Positions 1 through 5,982 of a stretch of DNA of 24,387 bases are shown here, one piece after another. The notes beneath the pieces are model-generated. The model saw only the letters and a list, made by a program, of their open reading frames with translations, had not been told where the DNA came from and did not search any database. The stretch is taken from IMG/VR virus record IMGVR_UViG_3300031784_002009, positions 1 to 24,387 of that record; one strand, 5' to 3'. Source of the DNA: a virus (taxonomy: Duplodnaviria > Caudoviricetes). Positions within the stretch are counted from its first letter, which is position 1, and each line of letters opens with the position of its first letter. Both the position numbers and the translations under genes were made by a program.

Positions 1-23
1 TTCGATTCCGGGACCCGCAACCA
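1..23 (+). tRNA. 3' end of a tRNA (truncated by window edge), possibly initiator tRNA-fMet-like
   Basis: T-loop TTCGATT (1-7), T-stem 3' strand CCGGG (8-12), acceptor 3' strand ACCCGCA (13-19), discriminator A20, encoded CCA (21-23). The ending CCCGCAACCA resembles bacterial tRNA-fMet, but the anticodon is outside the window. Confidence 0.85.
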
Positions 24-38
24 ATTTAGGAGAACGCA

Positions 39-236
39 ATGATAAAAAATAAAATCAAGCCCGTTCGACTGAAGAACGTTTTTAATAATCAAGAAGTCAT
101 TTGTGACGATTATACTAACGTTCGGACCATCGACGGCAACGACTTCGTCGAAGTCCATTTCGAAAATCAAACTCGAAAATTTTGGCTTAATAAAGGACCT
201 TTAGAAAAGGTAAAAGATAAGTCCAAAAAGAGTTGA
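39..236 (+). CDS. hypothetical protein (65 aa)
   Basis: AGGAG RBS at 28-32. Its TGA stop overlaps the -35 box of the next promoter. No recognisable motif. Confidence 0.75.
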   Translation: MIKNKIKPVRLKNVFNNQEVICDDYTNVRTIDGNDFVEVHFENQTRKFWLNKGPLEKVKDKSKKS

Positions 237-261
237 CAATACACTAGTTCTATACTATAAT
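233..261 (+). promoter_or_regulatory. sigma70-type promoter, perfect consensus (phage early-type)
   Basis: TTGACA (233-238), 17-nt spacer, TATAAT (256-261); predicted +1 near 267-268, followed by hairpin GCAAGCA-GAAA-TGTTTGT (271-288). Confidence 0.9.
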
Positions 262-297
262 AGACACATAGCAAGCAGAAATGTTTGTAGAGAGTTT

Positions 298-461
298 TAG
301 GATCGGTACAGCAACATTCATATTACTATGAATCGTTGGACCCTATGGTAGAAGCTGGAGTTCAGAGGTTCGCCCGAGAACGTTGAAGGTGACTATTGAA
401 ATAGACCAACAAGCTCAGAGTGATGGCCTGAGTAAAATAAAAGCAGTCAACAACGATCCTG
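298..461 (+). ncRNA. candidate structured RNA unit 1 (164 nt), Y-RNA-like architecture
   Basis: TAGGATCG (298-305) pairs with CGATCCTG (454-461); ACAGCAA at 308-314; internal hairpins ATTCATA-TTAC-TATGAAT (316-333) and GCTCAG/CTGAGT (413-433); AAAATAAA at 434-441. Confidence 0.7.
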
Positions 462-469
462 TTTAGTCA

Positions 470-711
470 TAGGATGACTACAGCAATTTAAAATCAAACG
501 CACTTAATGCAGTAGACAGTGACCCGCAAGGTTGCAGTAGGCAATGTAGCAATACATAAGCCTACACACTAATGGAACTGATGACACAAGGGAAAGCACC
601 TTGTATGATGTTTGTACAGAAAAATATAAACTAGTCAACATGAATGTTGATAGGGTCTGAGTGCCGTAATTGGTCAGACCAGAAAATAAACAAACTGGCA
701 CAATCATCCTG
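470..711 (+). ncRNA. candidate structured RNA unit 2 (242 nt), Y-RNA-like architecture
   Basis: TAGGATGA (470-477) pairs with TCATCCTG (704-711); ACAGCAA at 480-486; consecutive hairpins at 519-535, 537-565 (GCAA tetraloop), 586-604, 610-631, 635-650, 654-680; AAAATAAA at 683-690. Confidence 0.75.
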
Positions 712-720
712 TTAAAGTTT

Positions 721-776
721 TAGAATGTTAACAGCAACTTTAAATTTTCAAGCATATCGAAAAAAAATACATTCTG
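721..776 (+). ncRNA. candidate minimal RNA unit 3 (56 nt) or cis-regulatory element next to the RBS
   Basis: TAGAATGT (721-728) pairs with ACATTCTG (769-776); ACAGCAA at 731-737; A-run before the 3' strand; SD GAGGT at 778-782. Confidence 0.65.
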
Positions 777-788
777 TGAGGTAATAAA

Positions 789-2201
789 ATGAACGCATTT
801 GTAAACGCAATCGCAAATCAAGAAGCCCGTACTGCCAATGGCATGAAGGCTCGTAAGTCAACAGCTAACGCCTGTGTTGACCTGTTCTACAAGATCGGTG
901 CAAGCCGTGGTAAGAACATCACTGGCGACTTTACTGCCGCTTACGTAGAAAATTCTGATGTTGCACTACGCATCGCACAATGGGCACGTGATGTCCGTGG
1001 TGGTGCAGGTGAACGTCAACTGTTCCGAGATATTCTAGTACATCTAGAAAAGCGTGACCCAGACGCCGCCTTGTCTCTGTTGAAGAAGATCCCAGAAGTG
1101 GGTCGTTGGGATGACATCTTTGTCTTCCAATCTCCAGCATTGAAGTCAGCCGCTTATACCATGTTGGGCGATGCCCTACGTGCAAGCAATGGTTTGGCTG
1201 CAAAGTGGACTCCTCGTAAGGGTCAAATTGCCGCTGAAGTTCGTGCCTTCTTTGGCATGACTCCAAAGCAATACCGTAAGAGCCTTGTGGCACTTACAAA
1301 AGTTGTTGAAACCCAAATGTGTGCAGGGGATTGGGATAACATCAACTTCAGTCACGTTCCTTCTGTAGCTTCTCGAATCTACAAGAAGGCTTTCAACCGT
1401 CACAGCCCAGCGTTTGCTGAGTATGTTGCCAAGTTGGTAAGTGGTGATAAGACTGTTAAGGTTAACGCCTCTGCAATCTTTCCACATGATGTGTTGAAGG
1501 GAGTGATTGGTAGCTACCGTGCAAAGTTTGACAAGACAGAAACTGACCATGTAATTGCACAATGGGACAGCTTGCCAAACTACGTTGGCGATGCAAGCAT
1601 CATGCCAATCGTAGACGTTAGTGGTTCTATGTCTTGCCCAGCAGGAAAGAACACTAATGTAACTTGCATGGATGTTAGTATCAGCTTGGGCTTGTACCTA
1701 GCAGACAAGAACAAGGGCGTGTTCAAGGACACATTCTTGACTTTCTCAGACAAGCCAGAACTTGTTACTCTTAAGGGTAACATTGTTGACAAGGTGACTC
1801 AAATGTCTAGTAGCAACTGGGATATGAGTACTAACCTACATGCGGCTATGAAGAAGATTCTAGACGTTGCGGTTAAGAACTCAGTACCACAAAGTGACAT
1901 GCCAGGCATGTTACTGATCTTGTCAGACATGCAGTTCAACCAATGCGCCCGTTACGACGACAGCGCAATGGAAATGATCGAACGTAAGTTCGAAGCCGCA
2001 GGCTACTCTGTGCCACAGATTGTTTTCTGGAACCTAAACAGTTCAGACAACGTACCTGTTAAGGCAGACAAGAGTGGTGCCGCATTGGTAAGTGGATTTA
2101 GTCCATCAATCATGACTAGCTTGCTAGCCGCTGATTTGGATCAGTTCACTCCAGAAGGCATCATGCTTAAGACTGTAATGAGCGATCGTTACAAGTTGTA
2201 A
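789..2201 (+). CDS. Ro60/TROVE-related protein with C-terminal vWA domain (DUF2828-type), 470 aa
   Basis: Helical N-terminal region with ARDVRGGAGER, GRWDD and LAAKWTPR motifs; MIDAS motif DVSGSM, STN, ILSDMQF, IVFWNL, LVSGFSP; SD GAGGT at 778-782. Confidence 0.85.
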   Translation: MNAFVNAIANQEARTANGMKARKSTANACVDLFYKIGASRGKNITGDFTAAYVENSDVALRIAQWARDVRGGAGERQLFRDILVHLEKRDPDAALSLLKKIPEVGRWDDIFVFQSPALKSAAYTMLGDALRASNGLAAKWTPRKGQIAAEVRAFFGMTPKQYRKSLVALTKVVETQMCAGDWDNINFSHVPSVASRIYKKAFNRHSPAFAEYVAKLVSGDKTVKVNASAIFPHDVLKGVIGSYRAKFDKTETDHVIAQWDSLPNYVGDASIMPIVDVSGSMSCPAGKNTNVTCMDVSISLGLYLADKNKGVFKDTFLTFSDKPELVTLKGNIVDKVTQMSSSNWDMSTNLHAAMKKILDVAVKNSVPQSDMPGMLLILSDMQFNQCARYDDSAMEMIERKFEAAGYSVPQIVFWNLNSSDNVPVKADKSGAALVSGFSPSIMTSLLAADLDQFTPEGIMLKTVMSDRYKL

Positions 2202-2203
2202 AC

Positions 2204-2221
2204 TGTTGTAAAAATACAACA
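2204..2221. repeat. perfect inverted repeat TGTTGTA-AAAA-TACAACA
   Basis: 7-4-7 palindrome starting two bases after the stop codon of the Ro-like gene. Confidence 0.7.
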
Positions 2222-2229
2222 TAGTTTGG

Positions 2230-2255
2230 ATAGGGCCTACGGGCCCTATTTTTTT
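2230..2255 (+). terminator. Rho-independent terminator
   Basis: ATAGGGCC-TACG-GGCCCTAT stem with a C(UACG)G tetraloop, followed by a T-run. Confidence 0.92.
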
Positions 2256-2258
2256 AAG

Positions 2259-2287
2259 TTGACATCACCAAAAGGTGATGCTATAAT
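2259..2287 (+). promoter_or_regulatory. sigma70-type promoter, perfect consensus, with an operator-like palindrome in the spacer
   Basis: TTGACA (2259-2264), 17 nt, TATAAT (2282-2287); CATCACC-AAAA-GGTGATG at 2263-2280. Confidence 0.9.
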
Positions 2288-2293
2288 AATAAA

Positions 2294-2521
2294 ATGATAG
2301 AAGTAAAAAGCAATACAAACTCGCGTGAGTTTGAAACATTAGCCCTAGCAATGGCGTGGGCAAAAGAATTAGGAGAGTTCGTTACTATTAAAGTTAATGG
2401 TATGGAACTTGTTGGACGATTTGGTGTAGACTCAATTAAAGATGGCAAGTGCCCAGATGGGGTTGCCTACGATTGGAACAAGGCTAACCGTATTGGCAGA
2501 GTTAAAAAGGAGCGGACATAA
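2294..2521 (+). CDS. hypothetical protein (75 aa), probably leaderless
   Basis: The ATG sits at the predicted +1 of the promoter and has no SD; its stop overlaps the next start (TAATG). Confidence 0.75.
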   Translation: MIEVKSNTNSREFETLALAMAWAKELGEFVTIKVNGMELVGRFGVDSIKDGKCPDGVAYDWNKANRIGRVKKERT

Positions 2522-2715
2522 TGGATATTTCAAGAATACAGCAAGATCAAATAAGACAGTACAATTTAGAACAGGTTAATCTTCAACGTAAGCGAGAAGA
2601 AGACTATCGTAAGGTTGTTGAAAAACGTAACTTTGATCAAATTGTAGCAGACCGAGTAGCACGAAATATTCGGTTAGATTTAGACAAAGGTCGACACATC
2701 GACGCAGAAATTTAG
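2521..2715 (+). CDS. hypothetical helical/charged protein (64 aa)
   Basis: AAGGAG RBS upstream; TAATG coupling with the previous gene. Confidence 0.75.
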   Translation: MDISRIQQDQIRQYNLEQVNLQRKREEDYRKVVEKRNFDQIVADRVARNIRLDLDKGRHIDAEI

Positions 2716-2723
2716 GAGGCATT

Positions 2724-3257
2724 ATGCCGTGGATTGAAAATGTAAGTTTGGGTGATATTCCCAAAGGTCGTCACCATCGTGCTGGTGAGAACAGTATGCT
2801 GATTCAAATTGTTGACCCATCCATGGAGTTCCCAAAGCCCATGCACAAGTTCAAAGAGACTCACCAGTTTGAGTTTCTGGATCTTGAGGTAGGTGATGCG
2901 TTTGGGGAGGAATTCAAAGTCACTGATGCACAGGCTGAACAGCTAGTCAAGCTATTGCAACATGCCATGGACAAACGAATGAATGTCGTTGTTCATTGTG
3001 TTGCAGGCGTGTGCCGCAGTGGCGCAGTCTGCGAAGTTGGCGTTATGATGGGCTTTGATGACTGCGAAGTTTTTCGTAGCCCTAATTTAATGGTCAAGCA
3101 TAAAATGATGAAAGTCCTTGGTTGGACTTACGACGAGAATGAACCGCATACTATGAATGGGGTTCCGTACAGCTACGATGAATTAAACAATAAGCAAGTT
3201 TGGGAAAAGACAGAAACAGGATTGTTTATCCCGCCAGTAAGAGAAGGAGATATATAA
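2724..3257 (+). CDS. protein-tyrosine/dual-specificity phosphatase-like protein
   Basis: CX5R loop HCVAGVCRS; AGGAGG RBS at 2714-2719. Confidence 0.85.
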   Translation: MPWIENVSLGDIPKGRHHRAGENSMLIQIVDPSMEFPKPMHKFKETHQFEFLDLEVGDAFGEEFKVTDAQAEQLVKLLQHAMDKRMNVVVHCVAGVCRSGAVCEVGVMMGFDDCEVFRSPNLMVKHKMMKVLGWTYDENEPHTMNGVPYSYDELNNKQVWEKTETGLFIPPVREGDI

Positions 3258-3859
3258 TGCCTAGTGTATTTTTAGTCAGCGACACGCACTTTGGACATAT
3301 GGGTGTTTGCCGCTTCACACGTAACGATGGTGTTACAAAGTTACGTCCATGGGACAGTCCCGAAGAAATGGACGAAGCTATGATCAAGGCTTGGAACGAA
3401 CGAGTCAAGCCCACTGACAAGGTCTACCATTTAGGTGATGTTGTTATTAATCGTAGAGCATTACCTACGTTGGCCCGTTTAAACGGCGACAAGGTGTTAA
3501 TCCGCGGTAACCATGACATCTTTAGGGATGACGAGTACAGGCAGTACTTTAGAGAATTACGGGCATATCATGTTATGAACGGAATGATCTTAAGCCATAT
3601 TCCTTTGCACAGTGACTCAATGGGACGGTTTGGTGTCAACATTCACGGACACACTCACGCTAACCGCGTAAAGAAGGCTCGTGGTGTTGATGCACGTACA
3701 GGAGAGATCTTGTACAGCGATGAAAACGATGTTCGTTATCATTGCGTTTGCGTAGAGCAAACTGACTTTGCACCTATCTTATTTGAAGACGTTATCGCAC
3801 GTATCGAAGCAGAAGGTGGATCAGTAGGCTTTAGGAACGGCAACGGTCCTACAATGTAA
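3257..3859 (+). CDS. calcineurin-like metallophosphoesterase (200 aa; start corrected from 3200)
   Basis: Motifs SDTHFGH, HLGDV, RGNHD, SH and HGHTH; AAGGAG RBS at 3244-3249 and TAATG overlap support the ATG at 3257. Confidence 0.9.
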   Translation: MPSVFLVSDTHFGHMGVCRFTRNDGVTKLRPWDSPEEMDEAMIKAWNERVKPTDKVYHLGDVVINRRALPTLARLNGDKVLIRGNHDIFRDDEYRQYFRELRAYHVMNGMILSHIPLHSDSMGRFGVNIHGHTHANRVKKARGVDARTGEILYSDENDVRYHCVCVEQTDFAPILFEDVIARIEAEGGSVGFRNGNGPTM

Positions 3860-3867
3860 GGAAAAGA

Positions 3868-3963
3868 ATGTCTTATCGTGAATATTATTTTAAACAAATG
3901 ATTAGGACCGGTAAGGCATTCTTTATCTATTCTAAAGGTTTTATTTTGAATAGGAAAATATAA
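3868..3963 (+). CDS. small ORF, 31 aa (MSYREYYFKQMIRTGKAFFIYSKGFILNRKI), not in the ORF track
   Basis: AAGGA at 3858-3862 before ATG 3868; fills the gap between two genes and its TAA overlaps the next ATG (TAATG). Confidence 0.6.
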   Translation: MSYREYYFKQMIRTGKAFFIYSKGFILNRKI

Positions 3964-4424
3964 TGCCAAAATGTTATCAACTTATAGGAGTTCCTGCTAG
4001 TGGAAAAAGTACTTGGGCAGAAGCTCAAGACTGGGCTCACTTGTGTGCTCACATTAGTACTGATAAGTGGGTTGAAATCTATGCTAAAGAAGTGGGTAAA
4101 ACCTATTCAGAAGTGTTTACAGATTTTATGCCCACGGCTGTAGAACTCATGGCCAAAGAAGTAGTTGTGGCACGTGAAGCAGGGCGAGATATTATCTGGG
4201 ATCAGACCAGTACTACTGTTAAAAGTCGCGCTCGTAAGTTTAATATGTTGCCAGACTATGAGCATATTGCTGTGGTATTTAAGACACCCGAGCATAAAGA
4301 ACTTATGAGTAGGCTGCTTAACCGTCCAGGCAAAGAGATTCCAGATCATGTTATTGCCAGCATGATTGCCAGTTGGGAAGATCCTACAGTAGAAGAAGGC
4401 TTCAAAGAAGTCTGGTATACATAG
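3963..4424 (+). CDS. P-loop kinase, polynucleotide-kinase/AAA_33-like
   Basis: Walker A GVPASGKST near the N-terminus, ISTD acidic motif, IIWDQT Walker B-like, lid RLLNR. Confidence 0.85.
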   Translation: MPKCYQLIGVPASGKSTWAEAQDWAHLCAHISTDKWVEIYAKEVGKTYSEVFTDFMPTAVELMAKEVVVAREAGRDIIWDQTSTTVKSRARKFNMLPDYEHIAVVFKTPEHKELMSRLLNRPGKEIPDHVIASMIASWEDPTVEEGFKEVWYT

Positions 4425-4440
4425 GTTATCTGCGTACTTA

Positions 4441-4466
4441 ATAGGGCCTACGGGCCCTATTTTTTT
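4441..4466 (+). terminator. Rho-independent terminator, identical to 2230-2255
   Basis: ATAGGGCCTACGGGCCCTATTTTTTT. Confidence 0.92.
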
Positions 4467-4472
4467 GGCTGT

Positions 4473-4522
4473 AATAAATACTAATGAGATCGAACTCTTA
4501 ATCCAAAAAAAGAATAAATACT
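4473..4522 (+). promoter_or_regulatory. two tandem T4-like late-promoter-type boxes
   Basis: AATAAATACT at 4473-4482 and 4513-4522, upstream of a structural gene; resembles the T4 late consensus TATAAATA. Confidence 0.6.
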
Positions 4523-4551
4523 CATAACTAGGTAATACCAGGAGTTATTAC

Positions 4552-5982
4552 ATGCCATTGCAACTACGTAGGGGCACAAATGCCCAAAGATTAACAATAA
4601 CACCTTTACAGGGTGAAATAATTTATACTACAGATACAAAGAACCTTTATGTGGGTGACGGAACAACTGTAGGCGGAACAGTCATAGCAGGTGGAGGTGG
4701 TGGCGGAAGCTACACCGACGACGAAGCACAAGATGCTGCTGCCAGCCTGTTTACAACTGCTACACATACAGGAATAACTTTCACTTACAATGATACGTTA
4801 GGTACCCTCACTGCTGTAGTTACTGGTGGAATTGATGCTGAAACAGTTCGAGACGTAACAGCATTAATGATTACTAGTGGCGCTCATAATGGAATAGATT
4901 TTAATTATAGAGATGCTGACGATGCACTTGATGTAAGTATAGATACGGTGTATTTGCAAGATCAAATTTTTATAGCACTAACCAGTGGCACCCAAGAAGG
5001 TATCACAATTACTCAAGATATTACAGGTGATATCAATTTCGCCATAGGTGGTCTAGCTGATCTTACAGACACTGATGTAACATCAGTACCGCCATTAGAC
5101 GGTCAATTATTGAGTTGGAATAATGCTGCATTACGTTGGATGCCTGCTACAGTAACAACAACGCTTGAAGACGATGTTGCTCCTACACTAGGTGGCGGAT
5201 TAGATTTAAACAGTAATAATATAACTGGTACCGGAAACATTGTCATAACAGGAACTGCTGAACTAGACGGAATTTATATTCCGCCAACTACACTAGGTGG
5301 TATAAGTATCCACACTGAAGGTTCGTTAGACGACGATTATGATTTGTTTACTATTTCATCTTGGGGTGATACAGACCTTGGCGCCGGAATGGGTTTTTCC
5401 AGAGCAAGAGGAACAATGGCATTACCAACTGCAATACAGACCGGTGATGTAGTTTGGACAACTTCTTATGATGCACTTGGCACAGTAAATTATGGAGCCG
5501 CTGTTTATACAACTGTTACAGTAGATGGTCCTCCAGGTTTAGAATCTATTCCTGGAAGATTCAATCTTTACACAGGAACTGACAGACTTGACGAATTCAC
5601 TGTTGCGTTAAGCATTGGTACTAACGGTGAAGTCACAGTTACTAACAACACAGTTGAAGCTGGTGCCGGTGCAGGCGAAGTTGACACAGGAACAGGCGCT
5701 ATTACCTACCTCAAAGTAGTGTTGAATACTAGTAATCTAGGAGCAACTCTAGCTACAGGTACTGCTGTAGTAACACTTACATATGGAAGTACACAGGGTT
5801 TATTTGCAGGTCAGGTATTTACAATTCAAAGCGGCACAGGCGCTTTTGGTGTAGCAGCAGAGATATTATCTGTAGATAGTCCTACACAGGTAACTATGAG
5901 TGTAAATCATGCCAGTGCTGGCGCGGTTGTATTTGGAACAACTAAAGAGTTTGCACTACCGTTGTTTGGACTTAATCCTTAA
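4552..5982 (+). CDS. tail fibre/adhesin-like virion protein with Mtd_N-type N-terminus (476 aa)
   Basis: N-terminus LQLRRGT...GEIIYTTDTKNLYVGDG; Gly linker; T/G/D-rich composition; LADLTDTDV...DGQLLSWN..W and PTLGGGLDLN fibre motifs; AGGAG RBS. Confidence 0.8.
   Translation: MPLQLRRGTNAQRLTITPLQGEIIYTTDTKNLYVGDGTTVGGTVIAGGGGGGSYTDDEAQDAAASLFTTATHTGITFTYNDTLGTLTAVVTGGIDAETVRDVTALMITSGAHNGIDFNYRDADDALDVSIDTVYLQDQIFIALTSGTQEGITITQDITGDINFAIGGLADLTDTDVTSVPPLDGQLLSWNNAALRWMPATVTTTLEDDVAPTLGGGLDLNSNNITGTGNIVITGTAELDGIYIPPTTLGGISIHTEGSLDDDYDLFTISSWGDTDLGAGMGFSRARGTMALPTAIQTGDVVWTTSYDALGTVNYGAAVYTTVTVDGPPGLESIPGRFNLYTGTDRLDEFTVALSIGTNGEVTVTNNTVEAGAGAGEVDTGTGAITYLKVVLNTSNLGATLATGTAVVTLTYGSTQGLFAGQVFTIQSGTGAFGVAAEILSVDSPTQVTMSVNHASAGAVVFGTTKEFALPLFGLNP

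Noticed and set aside
361-449. preQ1-I riboswitch (AGAGGTTC and an A-rich tail)
   Set aside because: AGAGG has no CCTCT partner, the A-rich tail follows a different hairpin, and no queuosine genes are adjacent.
578-625. Hammerhead ribozyme (CTGATGA followed by a hairpin)
   Set aside because: No GAAA directly after the stem (it reads ATGATG), and stems I/III could not be built.
504-707. 67-aa minus-strand ORF
   Set aside because: Antisense to the promoter-driven structured RNA, with no clear RBS and non-protein-like composition.
298-776. CRISPR array interpretation of the repeated TAG..ACAGCAA motif
   Set aside because: Repeats are short and degenerate, spacing is very unequal (172 and 251 nt), the interiors are structured, and no cas genes are present.
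931-1792. Minus-strand ORFs 931-1293, 1176-1562 and 1580-1792
   Set aside because: Shadows of the well-supported Ro-like gene.
2576-4349. Minus-strand ORFs 2576-2764, 3226-3420, 3739-3969 and 4107-4349
   Set aside because: Antisense to motif-bearing genes, with no independent signals.
4552-5982. Diversity-generating retroelement target, suggested by the Mtd_N-like N-terminus
   Set aside because: No reverse transcriptase, TR/VR repeat pair or recognisable C-type-lectin tip in the window.
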